Assembly (NCBI RefSeq): GCF_006345805.1
Contig: NC_043005.1
Coordinates: 21,576,001-21,640,000 of the forward strand
Length of the DNA stretch: 64,000 nucleotides
DNA from: Octopus sinensis
Lineage: Eukaryota
Direction: 5' to 3'
Position numbers and translations under genes: made by a program. The notes below the pieces were generated by a model. That model worked only from the letters and a program-made list of their open reading frames with translations, searched no databases and was not told where the DNA came from. Shown here piece by piece: positions 1 to 13,339 of this stretch. How positions within the stretch are numbered: position 1 is the first letter of the stretch; each line of letters begins with the position of its first letter.

Positions 1-1093
1 TGGAACTGTCAAAGTGTGATATTTGAGCAATTTTGTTATTGAACCTCAAAAGGACATAAAGCAGCTGAAACTGTTCGTGATGTCAACAAAACGTTTGTTG
101 AGGAAATGACCAGTGAGTGGTCAGCTCAAAATTGGTTTAAACAATTTTACAGTGCAGTATTGGGCCTTGAAGGTCGTGAACATAATGGATGCCCATCTGT
201 CATCAATGATGTTCAATTAAAGATCATCATTGAGAAAGATCCATGTAAAACCATTTGAAAACTGGCAAAAGAACTTCAACTTAGCCAGAAAACTGCCTGC
301 AACCATTTGCATGTGATCGGAAAATCAAAAAAACTCAACAAATGGGTACCACACGATTTGAATGAAAATCAAAAAATGCACAGGTAGGAAATTTACTCAT
401 CACTTCTTCTCCACAACCAGACTAATCTATTTCTTGGCCATATTGTAACTTGTGATGCGAAGTGGATTCTGTACTATAATAAAAAATGTTCTTCGCAGTA
501 GTTGGACAAAAATGAAGCACTGAAAACCTTCCCAAACCCAAGCTCTTCAAAGAGAAGATTATGGTAACTATTTGGTGGTGTACTGCTGGACTCATCCGCA
601 ATAACTTCTAACAATCTGGAATACCATTACTGCAGAAACATATTGCCATGAAATTGCCAAAATGAATGAAAAACTGCTACTCCTCCATCCTAGACTGGTC
701 AAAAGAAGAGGGTCAATCATTCTTCATGACAATGCTCAACCATAGTTTTCACTTATGATGCTCCAAAAGTTGAAGAAACTCTGCTATGAAGTTCTTCGCT
801 GCCCAGCTTATTTCCGAGACCTTTCTCCTACCAACTACCACTTTTTCAAGCACCTTGATGGTTTCCCGTGCGAAAAGGAGTTCAAAAATCAAACCAATGC
901 TGAAAGTTCATTCAAAGAGTTCATCAGCTCCAAAACTCCAGATTTTTATGTTACCAGAATAAACAAACTCGTAACTCGTTGGCAAAAATGTGTTGATTGT
1001 AATGGTACTTAATTTGACGAATAAAATTTCTGCTTTGTTGAAAAATATTGTGATGAATTTCATGTTTCAAAACGTGGCTTACTCAACCTGATA
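1..1093 (+). mobile_element. Decayed mariner (Tc1/mariner) transposase, 5' end outside window
   Basis: Manual translation gives KWVPHDL, TCDAKWILY, ILHDNAQP and AYFRDLSPTNYHFF (WVPHEL and YSPDLAP-D-like motifs) with several stops and frameshifts; ORF 755..1012 is the C-terminus. Confidence 0.9.
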
Positions 1094-1276
1094 GTTGTAT
1101 ATGTATGGGAGTTGGTTTTGTGTATATAGGAGGAAACACTGTGTGTCACTGTTGTTTATTTTCCATATCAAACACCAAAGTGCTCAAATGAACAGGCAGA
1201 AAATTTGGAACGTAGTGTTTATGCTTAATTCCTGCTGATTTTTATGCTAATATAATATATATAATAGAGCGTAATA

Positions 1277-1953
1277 TCTATATACTATTGAAAGTGAAGT
1301 TCAATCTTGCTTGCTTGCAGTGTTACACAGCCAAACTGGCACATAATGGTAAAATACTTTGAAAGTAAAGTGCCCTTGAAATGTGGATATGAATGGAATA
1401 GTTTTTCATAAATTGGACCAGTAGCTATTGAGATATTTGGGGTTTTGAGATATGAATACCCAAAACTGCATAATGGGAAAATACCTCGAAAATAACTTCA
1501 CCCAGAAAGGGAAGAAACCTTTCAATTAGACACATTATGATAGGCAAAATATTTTAAAGTGAAATTAACTTTAAAAATATGGTTAATATTTCATAAAAAA
1601 CCCATTAGTAACCTCAGTGTGAAATAGTTTTCTTTCCGTAGGTTTCATTCGATTGCATTCAATGTATCTCACCTCCAAAGATTTGGCTGCTATTTCTAGC
1701 ATACTCTACCACCATGTAACATCTATTTGCAATAAAAGACCTGAAATACCTGTTATATGGCAGTAGGGCATGCAAGAAATAGCAGCCAAATCTTTCTTTT
1801 CTGAGGAAAGGAGCCTTTTACATGTGATTTCGATGTCACATCCATTGAAAGCATGCGAAATAATATGGAAAAGAAAAAAAACCTACGAAACAAAACTCCA
1901 TTGCTGGAAAACTCACACTCCCTCAGTGACCCAACAGGTCACAGGTAGTCTAG
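1277..1953 (+). mobile_element. Non-autonomous Helitron-like element
   Basis: Starts A|TCTATA; ends with hairpin GTGACC-caaca-GGTCAC (1926-1942) then CTAG (1950-1953); absent from the paralogous intron upstream of exon A3 (~61290-61330). Confidence 0.6.
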
Positions 1954-2465
1954 CAATATAATATAAATGTATAAACAAAATCACAAATGAAAATGTTTCC
2001 TAACTTTCATTTAATTTTACATACAGATTAATTACTAATTTTTTTTCTTTATTTCAGTCGTTTTTCCACAGATGTAAATTTTTATTATGTTTGGTAAATT
2101 TAATGTGATTAGGAGTGCTGCAAGACATCAATTACAACTGAGAAAGTGACTGAGCTGCAGTGTAGCGCAAAAATAAATAGGATTGGATCTGCACACCATT
2201 AAAGAAGGGATATACAAATGTATTATCTGCAGCCTAACTATGGAGACAAAGTATCAAATAAGTCTGAAGGTGTTCTACAAATCATATGCATTATGATTAG
2301 GGTGTCATTTTGCAGATCAATTATTTGTTTATAATAAATTGACCATTTACAAAATCATGCATTACATGCTTTACAATATTTAACATATGTTAGAACATGT
2401 GTGTGTGTGTGCTTGAGTGGGTAGATGTATATGAAATATATTTCTTGTTTTCTATTTTGTTTCAG

Positions 2466-2699
2466 TCGATAAAGGGCCTGTAATGCTGAAAAAGGTTAGC
2501 ATACCAAGCAAGGCTACTTTAGGACAGCTTAAGGATAAGACCTTAAAGCAGTGTGATGAAGCTTGTCAACAATATATAGGATGTAACGCTTATCAGTACA
2601 ATGATGAAACTAAATTATGTGATCTGAGTAATGTGACTCAATTGAATGATGAACTTAAACCCAGTGATGGAAATTGGGATATATACTTGGTTAACCTAG
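2466..2699 (+). CDS. Exon A1: PAN/Apple domain, subtype A (234 nt, phase 1-1)
   Basis: ttcag|TC GAT AAA...AAC CTA G|gtcagt; DKGPVMLKKVSIPSKATLGQLKDKTLKQCDEACQQYIGCNAYQYNDETKLCDLSNVTQLNDELKPSDGNWDIYLVNL; C-x3-C-x5-C-x11-C PAN core. Confidence 0.9.
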
Positions 2700-2762
2700 G
2701 TCAGTAGAGTGTTTCTATTTCATTTATTGTTTGCATACCTGTATGTATTCACATATACGTGT

Positions 2763-2764
<2 letters not shown>

Positions 2765-2794
<30 letters not shown>

Positions 2795-3190
2795 TTAGCG
2801 TCCGTTTTCCATGCTAGCATGGGTTGGACGGTTTAACTGGGGTCTGTGAAGCCGGAAGGCTTCGTCAGGCCCAGTCAGATTTGGCAGTGTTTCTACAGCT
2901 GGATGCCCTTCCTAACGCCAACCACTCCTCGAGTGTAGTGGGTGCTTTTTACGTGCCACCTGCACAGGTGCCAGACAGAGCTGGCACAACGGCCACGAAT
3001 GGATGGTGCTTTTACGTGTCACCGGCACAGGGCCAGCTGAGGCTGGCAACGAACACGAGCGGATAGTGCTTTTACGTGCCACCGACACGGGGCCAGACAG
3101 AGCTGGCAAACGGCCACGAACGGACGGTGCTTTTACGTGTCACCAGCACGGGGGCCAGCCGAGGCTGGCAACGAACACGGACGGATGGTG
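2765..3190 (-). mobile_element. 3' end of RTE-type LINE (or partner SINE) with (GAT)n tail and four internal ~60-64 bp tandem units
   Basis: (cat)n then tttagcgtccgttttccatgctagcatgggttggacgg; the same terminus ends the RT-bearing copy at 30200-31456. Confidence 0.75.
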
Positions 3191-3235
3191 TGTGCATATA
3201 CATATATACATATCTATCTGTCTATTCATCTAAAC

Positions 3236-3554
3236 ATGTATTATATATATGTATTAGAGGGAAACCACTATGTGGACACTTATATGCTAGAAATAGATCT
3301 GCTACAGTCTCACCACCAAGAAACGTTCTCAAGAAAAATTTAGTAAAACAACCAAAACATAATCGAGCAAGACAAAAGAAAAAGTAATAAAAATATGGAT
3401 TATTACTTTTTCTTTTGTCTTGCTCGATTACGTTTTGGTTGTTTTGCTAAATTTTTCTTGAGAACATTTCTTGGTGGTGAGACTGTAGTGGATCTATTTC
3501 TAGCATATGGGTGTCCACATAGTGGTTTCCCTCTAATATATATATATAATACAT
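3236..3554. repeat. Long palindrome/foldback element (~150 bp arms, ~10 nt loop)
   Basis: gtattagagggaaaccactatgtggacac...gacaaaagaaaaagtaataa is mirrored by ttattactttttcttttgtc...gtgtccacatagtggtttccctctaata; a one-arm relative lies at ~11935-12180. Confidence 0.9.
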
Positions 3555-4659
3555 TTTTACTGAACCTTCAGTTTTTTTATGCTAGACCACTGGTGTGAAA
3601 TCGATATTAATTAAATTAATATCTAATTTCTCACTCTCATTTAAATTTTAAAATTACATCTAAACATGTATATACAGACACATATGTATGTATATAGATA
3701 CATGTGTACATATATGCATATATATATATATAATATATATATATATAAATACAGTGTACATTTAAACACACAAGAGGTATCCATCATAGGACTACCTACA
3801 CGCTAGAGAGAACAGTTAAATTCCAAACCACTATTAGGGATAAAATTTCGAAGGGAAGGAAAAATAAAAAGACTCTTCTTTCCTCACCACCCTTCTACTA
3901 ACATCAGTACTTTATCAGCCACAGTATTGCAATACAAAAGGCATAGCTAGCATTCTCACTTCTGGAATGTAACTCAAACATACTTACCACTTAACTAATT
4001 AATCAGTATTATTTTTTTATAAACAATTGTTGTCTACTACACCCTCTTCTGGTAGATGCAGCAAGGACAGACTGATATGGTTTATCTGTTGGCAACATCC
4101 ATACAAACATATTCAGAATCAGAATGCTCTTCCCATCCTCCTGTTCCTTCTTGTCCCCCATTCCACGTCTTTGGAGTTAACACAGTCAATGTAGGTACAT
4201 TGAAAGAATTAGGTGTTGTGATGAGATTGTTGAGATGCAAGAGCAGATTCATGTAGATGTGTTGTACGTTTAAGAAGTAAGGTGGAGGGTAGCTATCATC
4301 ATCACCATGATAGGCTAGATGATGTAGGCATATTTCTAGATGAAAACTGACTGGATAACATCAAGGAATTCAGAATGTGTGATAGGATACATATGCTTAA
4401 ACTAGTTTTGCAAAGTAGTGCAACAACTGTACTACATCTTATCAAATTACTTTAAAAACAAACTTTTCATTTTTTAATGATTTGACCAACATTTTATAAA
4501 ACAATATTTTGTGCAAAACCAAAAATATGACACCATAGTCATGACACCAACTTGAACTTCTAACTTGTTTCTTGAGGTCTCTGGGTGAAACTTGGAGTCA
4601 ACTTGTACAAATACAAAGCAAAAGCCAACCATATAATGATAATAATAATAATAATAATG

Positions 4660-5114
4660 ATAAGCTGAAAAGAATGACTAGCTTAGTACTGTAGGCTGCA
4701 GGTAGTAAGCCTGCTATGCATGTAAGACTCTAGAAGCTCCAATAAAACCTGTGATAAAAAAATAATGATAATAATTATAATAGTCAAGAAGGAAGGTAAA
4801 AAGATAGATAAATACAACCCTCTTAAGTACGAAATAGTCCAGCTATGGAAAATGAAGAAGGTGAAGATAGTTCCACATATTGTTGTGTCCTTGAGAACAG
4901 TATCAGAAAGCATCAAGAGAAATATAAAGAGAATTGGAATAGAGTGCCCAGTAGAACTGTTACTAAAGTTTTGTCCCCTTTGCATGGCCAGAATAATCAG
5001 GAAAGTATTAGATAGCTGAAAAGAAATGGATAGCATGATACTGTAGGCTGCCAGTAGCAAGCCCACTACACATACAAGTCTCCAGGAGCTCCAACAAACC
5101 CTGTGATAAAGAGA

Positions 5115-5148
<34 letters not shown>

Positions 5149-5790
5149 TAATAATAATAATAGAAAGAGGATGTAGAGCATATAGATGGAAAAGCAGGGC
5201 TCAGATATTAAGGAACAGATGTGTGGCAGCAGAAATGAAAGTCGTGAGTGAGTGTAGCAAGGTGGCCCAAAAGCACTACAAAAGGAGGCACAATAATGTG
5301 GCTATGTTCTTCTACTGGAGGCTATGTGAAAAGTACGGCCTGAACAGAACACAGAAATGGTATGTACATGAACCAGAAGGAGTGACTGAGAACAAGGGGC
5401 ATAAGATACTGTGGGATTTTACAATCCAATATGACACCCTAATTGAGGCTTGGAGACCAGATATTGTAGCAGCAGGTAAAGGAAAAAGGAAACCAAGATC
5501 ATAGATATTGCAATATCTGGAGATGCATATATAAATGACAAACAGCTAGAAAAGATTGAAACGTACAGACTACTAAATGACAAAACTGCAAGAATGTCGA
5601 CTATGAGGAGAGTGTCTGTCATTCCAGTTGTTGTAGGGGCATTCGGAGCACTAACAACCAGGTTCAAGAAATACATCAAAGAAATTGAAATTGACAAGAG
5701 AGCAGAGCAAGCCCCAAAAAAACTGCTCTGTTGAGGACAGCTAGGATTTTGAAAATGATACTTGGATGTTGAATGTCCCCCACGATAAAT
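4660..5790 (+). mobile_element. Stack of 5'-truncated R4/Dong-like (RLE-type) non-LTR retrotransposon ends separated by (TAA)n
   Basis: ORFs 4765..5019 (KYNPLKYEIVQLW...IIRKVL) and 5103..5504 (RRHNNV...KILWDFTIQ...RPDIV); the 3' UTR occurs twice (4660-4760 and 5010-5115). Confidence 0.8.
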
Positions 5791-6103
5791 AAAAACCAAG
5801 TATCTAAGCTTATAATGTGCAGAAAGATACTTCTGACAGCAGGCTGCTGTCTGCTCTCACAGAATCTACCAGATCAAACAAGACTGAACGTTCTGAGTTT
5901 CCTTTTCTTCATAGAGCTTACAAGATATTTCACCAGGATCCTTAACCATTTCATTTCATGTGATATATTTATGTCTGTATGTGTGTGCAGATGTCTTCAG
6001 TTTGTTTCAGTCATAATCTTTTATTCTAAATTTATTATCTCCTCATTCTCACCCTCCTCCTGACATATTCACTATTGATATCAATTTCTATTATCACTTT
6101 CAG

Positions 6104-6274
6104 TTATTACAAAAGTTAACTGTGAACCTCCAAAAGATGTTGCTGGTGCAAAGAAATCCTACACTACCACCACCTATAAATCTGAAGTGACCTACACCTG
6201 TCCAGGAGGACAAAAGTTGAAGTCAAAATGTAAAAATGACAATAAATGGACTCCAGTTGCATCCAGTTGCAAAG
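6104..6274 (+). CDS. Exon S1: short Sushi/CCP domain (171 nt, phase 1-1)
   Basis: ttcag|TT ATT ACA...TGC AAA G|gtaatg; ITKVNCEPPKDVAGAKKSYTTTTYKSEVTYTCPGGQKLKSKCKNDNKWTPVASSCK; C-PP, V-x-Y-x-C, C-x5-W-x6-C. Not in the ORF track. Confidence 0.88.
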
Positions 6275-6394
6275 GTAATGTAAATAGGTTCTCTTCTGTT
6301 GTCTCTGTCTAGGTATTTTTGTTTAATTTTTTTATTAAATATCTTTGTTAGAAGAATAATGACTGAATCCATGACAATTTCTATGATATTTGTG

Positions 6395-7520
6395 CCTGGT
6401 TTAAGGGAGAGAGAAAGCTATTCTCAGAGAAGATAACTTCCTAAATCCATGCAACAGAGTGAACTTAATTAAAGCTATCCAGGGTTCAGATAATTGTATT
6501 AATTTTGGTAATGGATTAAATCTGCCAAACAAGAGCAGCAAGTGAAGAAGTGTGTTGTCTCCAGCAGGCTTCTGCATAGTTTCCATTCACCAAATTTCAT
6601 TAGTCATGAAGCAGCTTTTTAATTATGCAGTCATAAGTCCAGACAATACTACATTCTTGTTAAGTAAACTTATAACCTCAGCTAACCAAGGCAGTTTTTC
6701 TCTTAAATTCAAACTTCAGCTTTCTTTCTGGCACTTTGTTTCATCCTCTGAATCATTGTACAACACAATGCACTGAATTTTTCTTTACTAGAATTCAACA
6801 ATCATCCAAAACTTCTGATACTCTAATGGTCATCCATTCCACCTAAATCATAGTGAGATAAATAATAATAGTGATTTCTGATGGAAAAACAGCCAATGCT
6901 TTCCTATAGAAAGATGTTAGTATCATTACCTCTAATATTTGACTGCCATTTTGTGTTGTTGACCCACCCCTTACATGAATGAAATGTAAAGTTAACATGT
7001 GCTGGATTTGGACTGGAAACATGAAGAGCCTGAATACATACCAGAAGGTACCTCTTCTAATGTTCTAACTAGTATTCATGGATACGTTTAATATAAAGAT
7101 TAGAATGATGATGAACTCCTCTTGAAAGCTGGATCTTTATCTCAAACCAGTTGAAAAGCTCAACCATCAAAGATCACCATGAACAATTAATATTCTTTGA
7201 CCTACAAGTTTTATTCACTGTGGGACCAGTCCACTGTCACATCACTTTTAAAAATTTCCCTAGAGGTGAATATCTTCTCCATCCTCATCTTCTTTATAAT
7301 CTGGTATAATCTGATGCCTGGTTCAACACTGCTGCATGACCCTAAGTGGTTATGGCAAATGTAGTCGAGAATACATGGTCAATGATAATGTATTTCTAAC
7401 AGATGCAAACATTCACATTAAGCCACAGATGCTCTGGTTGGGCAGGGATGATATGGATCTCACAAGTGTATGATGGAAGAGATGCTATCAACGTTTCATC
7501 GATTGCTGTTTCTGTCATGA
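6395..7520 (-). other. Unidentified decayed coding-like sequence, copy 1 (paralogs ~15430-17160, ~35980-37820, ~49170-49330, ~51080-51560 + 52430-53150)
   Basis: Shared blocks such as ggattaa.tctgccaaacaagagcag and tttacaagtgaaactt recur after the Sushi exons; the minus strand gives protein-like but stop-broken reads. Confidence 0.5.
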
Positions 7521-9314
7521 TTTGCTACTTAAGAAATAAAAATACTAGCTCATTTTAATTAATCATGTACTTATTGTTTAGGTACATGGCAAACACAATT
7601 AGAGAAAGCAATGAGATTGTGTGATATTCACGTCTTTCTGAAGGGCAGTAATTGTCTATGTAAAGTGGACTGGCTTAGATTGATCAAACCCAGATCATTG
7701 ATTCACCCCACTCAATCCATATTTATATTAAAAGAACAACTTAAGAAAAATACTCACATCACTTTCTGCATAGAAAACAAAAAGCTGTGTGTCGTATGGA
7801 AGTGCATTTACAAGCATTGCAAGCTTCTTGTTATTCTTTCTGAAATTTTATTAATAAGCTTCTCATAGGTCCACAAAATGTGCACGGATTTTTTGGAGCA
7901 TAGTCTGCATTTCTTGGAAAGGGCATTGTGTAGTGGTGCATGTTTTATGTACCAAGTCAGATCATATCTTCTTTAAGTTGCCACACAAGTACCAACATCA
8001 CTGGGATATCTCTTGGCTAGTAAGTGACCATTCACACCATACAGTAGATACAAATTAGCATAACCGTTGACAAAATTAATAATCACCATTTACCTAATTG
8101 TATGGATGAATAACCACAACCTCCTCATTCTTAGAATCATCCCACCATACAAGTTACCAACACCACTGGGATAAAAGATAAAAACACAACAAACCTACGA
8201 GTGACTACACTGGATATCCTAAACCTGGCATTGATGTTTTCTACAGGCTATTGGTTGTTTGATTAGCTGCACATTCAAAAAACACCCTTCTACTCTGTGC
8301 ACCATTGTAGACTGCATATGCATGCTATTATGGACTACAACCAATATGCCTAAATGGAATATATAATCAGAGATTACACTATGTTCATGCAATTCTTGAT
8401 CTGTTGCTGACTTATGTCATTTAGTTGTTTCATTATTATATTGCATAATTGTACTTGCCACCTCTTCTTATGCATAACATCTCTGTGTCTGTGTGTCCGA
8501 TTTATCTATTTGTACTTAAATGGTTGTGTATCTGTGCACGATTACATACATCTATGTGCCTATTCATATACACTTATATAGATGTGGAAGTATCTATGTA
8601 CAGAAATGTGTTTCAGTGTATGTGTGAGCATATAAACCTATGAAGAGGCACCTACAGATGTCTGTAAATGTGCCTAAGTATACATATAGATATATACGAA
8701 GGACTGTGTAAGTATATATGTGTGCCAGGCCATACATGTGTGTGTTTGTATGAGCATATGTACATGTTCCAGGCTATTTATATGTGGGTCTTTGTACATC
8801 CATATCTACTAACAGTGATATGTAATAACCATTTTTGCTGTATTATGTATTTGCTTCTTTTCGTATCTCATCCTTTTTATCAAGCTTCTATAAGAATGAA
8901 ACAGCCTCCCTTAACTTGCCATTTCTATCTACGAAGAACAAAAAGAAACCATGCAGTAATAAGTTGTGTGAAACTGAGTTTATTTTAAGGAGACACCTCT
9001 TGAAATCACCTGAGGAAACACAGCTACACTGAGGGAACCTAAAACAGCTGTGTAGTATCCCACCTGCAAGGGATCAATGCTAGATGGGTCAACATGATTG
9101 TAGTGATCAATAGAGATTCTTATATCTTCCATCTATCTCATTAATTACATACCCAACGAACGCTAAGCCAGCGAATGTGCATTATCAGCAAACTACCAGA
9201 TGTATACCATACAACTTATTAACTACAAACTAACAACATTTATATATAGTTAAGAAACTATTATCACAAATATTGGTAACATCAACAATAATTATAATTA
9301 TTCTTGCTAATGAT

Positions 9315-9490
9315 GGAGAGAAAGAATCTCTAGAGCATCAGACAAACTATGTTGGGTATTTGTTCTGGACATATAGCTTTTCAGTTCAAATCCAGCTAAT
9401 ATCAAATCTGTATTTCTGGGGCCAATAAAATAAAATACCAGTCAAGTTTAAGAGTCAATTTTATTGATTAACTTCTGCCTCAAGGATTTG
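9315..9490 (+). mobile_element. Old tRNA-derived SINE just upstream of PAN-B exon (paralogous copies ~38420-38600, ~55150-55320)
   Basis: B-box-like gttcaaatcc and aataaaataaaataccagtcaag core shared with younger SINEs at 27840-28760. Confidence 0.55.
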
Positions 9491-9562
9491 TTTTTTTTCT
9501 ACGTTAGAAATCATTGTTTTTTTTTGGTGTTTACATTTGTCTCAATCTTCCTTTAATTCCAG

Positions 9563-9802
9563 TTTCTAAGATCTATTTTGTGAAAGTAAAAAGTGCCATT
9601 CTGGATGTACCTGGAAAAACTTTGATGAGTAAGAAAGATGTAACAGCAGAAGTCTGTGCAGAAAAATGTTTGTCTGACAAAAATTGTTTATCATTTGAAA
9701 TAAAGGGAAAAAGTGGAAAATGCTATTTATCAAAGGAAACTGCAGCTTCCTCCAAGAAAATAAAAGCAGCCAAAAGCAAAGATTACTACCAACGAGTAAA
9801 TG
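9563..9802 (+). CDS. Exon B1: Lys-rich PAN/Apple domain, subtype B (240 nt, phase 1-1)
   Basis: ttccag|TT TCT AAG...GTA AAT G|gtaatt; SKIYFVKVKSAILDVPGKTLMSKKDVTAEVCAEKCLSDKNCLSFEIKGKSGKCYLSKETAASSKKIKAAKSKDYYQRVN. Confidence 0.9.
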
Positions 9803-9925
9803 GTAATTATTCTTTGTGTTTCTATTTTCTAGTTTTACTGAAATTTGTGATTCCATTTCTATGTTATAATACAGTCTATTCCAATAGAACATCCACTTTT
9901 AAGTGGGGATAGATATTATTTCTTA

Positions 9926-9965
<40 letters not shown>

Positions 9966-10174
9966 CAATTTTAGGAACTGTAAATACTGTTAGGGCATTC
10001 ACGTATGACATTTCACATATTTAACACTTTTCTGTATGTTTTCGATTGTTTCTTTTGTGTGTGTGTGTGTGTGAAAAGAAATTCTTGTCATTTTCTTTCA
10101 ATCCTGAATGCTAGTAGTAGGGGTAGAAGGAGGAGGGGGAGGAAGCTGAGGAGGAGGAACAGTAATTTCAAATT

Positions 10175-10630
10175 TTGAGCAACTTCCACTTCCACACCAG
10201 AATAGAGTTCAACCTAAAGGTCTCAATGAACATGGCCAGGAACTTTTTATCCTGTATTAGACACCATTTCTCAGGCACACACAAATATCACAAGCTTATG
10301 AATATGCATAGTGTTAAAGTTTGTTACCCTTCCAGCATTGTATGTTACAACAGGAAATGCATACTCATATCCAGCCTTTATTCATGATGCCTAGTTATAA
10401 CTGTCAAAATCCATCCACTTCTCTGCTGGAAGAATTCTACCTTTTTATGTCAGTGGTATATAGGGCAACCTTCACTCCAACTGATGGTTTCTATGTGAAT
10501 TATATGAGACTTACAGCCAGTGATTTCATGGAAAGTTTCACTCAACTTATATACTCTTTTATGTTCATGTACAGGGAAAAGTCCACCTCACTGTACTCTT
10601 TCATTTGGAGTCTACCCAGCATAATCTGAA
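10175..10630 (+). mobile_element. Decayed Penelope-like element (RT C-terminus + GIY-YIG region)
   Basis: NMARNFLSCIRHHFSGTHKYHKLMNMHSVKVCY and VVYRATF...YMRLTASDF...STSLYSFIW resemble Penelope RT-thumb/GIY-YIG motifs; paralogous copy at ~56700-57480. Confidence 0.65.
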
Positions 10631-11516
10631 GCTTACTTACCAAATCCTAATCTTTTCCTACCAGAGCATTTAATTCCAGTCTTTGTTTTTCTAATCCATA
10701 GAAGATGAAAAACACATACACAATGTGTACATAGACAAGTGGGGGAGATGAATATGTATGTGTATAGATATATATGTGTGTGATTGGGTATGCATATATA
10801 TGTAGCTATGTAGTTGTGTATATTTTCTTGTATGTATGCATATTGCTTTTGAGGCTTTCCAGTAAGATTTTAGTCAAAGTTAAAAGCTTGTTCTTCAACA
10901 AAATATTTCAATTCAAACATACCTACCTCTCTGCCTACATATATGTCAATGTACATACATACATGCATACTTTCATATGTTTATGTATGTATTAATGTGT
11001 GTCTTCAAAAGAACTGTGTAAGGCCAAATTGATTCACTGTCACATGAGTGAATCCTTTTGCCAAAAATGATACCAAGTTGACAGAAAACCCTAGGCACCT
11101 TGCTTGCGTAAATGTTATGTACAATCATAACATAAGATGTCAAAACCAATGATTTTAAGTCCACTTACATAGGTGACTAATTAACAACCAACTGGAAAGA
11201 AGGGCATGTGTGCTTTTCTTTAAGATTAAATGGCTTTAAGAACACTTGACACAGTGGCTAAACATCTGTTGGTCAGCAGTTAGACAATACTAAATTAATC
11301 CAATAGAAAAAGGATATACAAATGATACACAACTTAAATTTTGAGTCTGAAGATGTGTTAAAACTCACATGAATTACAAGTTGTCATTTTGCAGATCAAT
11401 TATTTGTTTATAATAAATTGTCCATTTAAAACAAATTATGCACCAGATGCTATATAATATTTAATGTGGTTGGGTGTATAAAATGTATTTCTTATTTTCT
11501 TTCTTCTCTTTTCTAG

Positions 11517-11750
11517 CTGAGGACGATATTTTAAAATTTGAAAGCACTCTCATACCAGGAGAAGATACATTTAAACGGCTGAAAAATATGACCTTAAAGG
11601 AGTGTGACCATGCTTGTCATCAAACTCCAGGATGTAACTCTTATGAGTATAATGAGAAAGCTATCTTCTGTGATCGAAGTAATGCGACTCACTTGGCTCA
11701 TGACCTTGAACCAGATCAAAAGGGTTGGGATACTTACGTCATTAACCCAG
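11517..11750 (+). CDS. Exon C1: acidic PAN/Apple domain, subtype C (234 nt, phase 1-1)
   Basis: ttctag|CT GAG GAC...AAC CCA G|gtcagt; EDDILKFESTLIPGEDTFKRLKNMTLKECDHACHQTPGCNSYEYNEKAIFCDRSNATHLAHDLEPDQKGWDTYVINP. Confidence 0.9.
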
Positions 11751-11888
11751 GTCAGTAAAATGTTTTCATTTCATTTTACTATACATGTGCTTGCATGTAT
11801 GTATGTGTTTGTGTGTATTTACATATACATACATGTGTTTGTGCAATATATATATATATGCATGTCTGTATTTATGTCTATATATGTG

Positions 11889-11927
<39 letters not shown>

Positions 11928-12360
11928 TTAAAATAATAAGGGTGAAAAATTGAATATTAATTTGATTAATATCAATTTAAAACCAGTGGTATAGCTTATT
12001 TAAAAATTTGAAGTTTCAGAAAAAATTACATTACATATATATAAAAAGGATGACCTGTAAGTGGACATCCATTATGCTAGAAGAAGATCTGCTATGGTCT
12101 TACCACTAAGAAAGGAATGTTCTCAAGAAAATTTAGCAAATGCCAGAATGTAAGCGAGCAAGATAAATGAAAAGATACAATATATAGATTAATGACAAAC
12201 CAAGTTTCGTTGTTAATGCTTATGTAATCATTTATGTAATCATCTGCAAACTCATCAGTGTGATCGTCTTTACAAATATAATTTGCAGAACTATACATGA
12301 GATGTCTGCATGAGTTTGAACATTGTGTGTATATATATATATATATATACATACATACAT

Positions 12361-12584
12361 CATCATCATCATCATTTAACGTCCGCTTTCCATGCTAGCA
12401 TGGGTTGGACGGTTCAACTGGGGTCTGGGGAGCCCGAAAGCTGCACCAGTCCAGTCAGATCTGGCAGTGTTTCTACAGCTGGATGCCCTTCCTAACGCCA
12501 ACCACTCCGAGAGTGTAGTGGGTGATTTTATGTGCCACCGACACAGGTGCCAGGCGAGGCTGGCAAACGGCCACGCTCGGATGG
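12361..12584 (-). mobile_element. Young RTE-type 3' end / SINE copy
   Basis: Same terminus as 2765-3190, with one internal unit. Confidence 0.75.
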
Positions 12585-12635
<51 letters not shown>

Positions 12636-13339
12636 TAATCACACATATATACATACATATATATATATACATACATAGATACATATATATATACATTATA
12701 TATATATATATACTTTTATATATATATATATACTTATATAGATATATATAAACTCATATATTATCTGAAGTGTACAGTATTATATATCCTTTGCAGCTGA
12801 GCTTACCAATCAGTTTCACGCTAGGGGTACAATGGAGTGTTAGGTAACAATTGAATTATATATATATATATATATATACATATATTGAAATAATCTGGGT
12901 AAAAAACACCTTGTATGCTTTCTCAAGCTCTTTTATGGGTATCAGCTACCAAATACTATCATAAAGTGAGATATCTGTCACTGGATAGAAATACTGAAAT
13001 AAAAATCTGTAGAGTTTATACAAAAGTAAATGAGGGAAGAGTGATTGAACATGCTTTATTACATACCAGAACAATTGTTGCAACACATAACAATCAACTG
13101 TTCATTTCTGAATGTTAAATATATAACAAACAACATGCTGTATTAATTGCAGCTATTCACCAACACCAGCAAATGCTTTTGCTCAGGTGAGTATAATAAA
13201 AAAAACATCATTAAATCAGATTTTCATTTCACTCATGATATATTCACACCTAAACACTATTTTTAGCAATCTATTGACAAAATGAATAAAAACAAAGAAC
13301 AAAACAGAAATTAATGAAAAGAGAGGAAAGAAAATCAAA

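Noticed and set aside
2941-3190. Regularly spaced ~60 bp repeats resembling a CRISPR array
   Set aside because: Whole units repeat with no unique spacers, the array sits inside a retroelement 3' end, the context is eukaryotic and there are no cas genes.
7581-7868. ORF or possible extra exon (ttgtttag|gtacatgg...) in the conserved block upstream of B exons
   Set aside because: Paralogs at ~17200, ~37870 and ~53180 are frameshifted or contain stops; best read as co-duplicated intron.
13153-13186. Candidate micro-exon with perfect CAG|GTGAGT donor
   Set aside because: 34 nt (frameshifting), poor polypyrimidine tract and no paralog in other units; only RNA-seq could rescue it as a poison exon.
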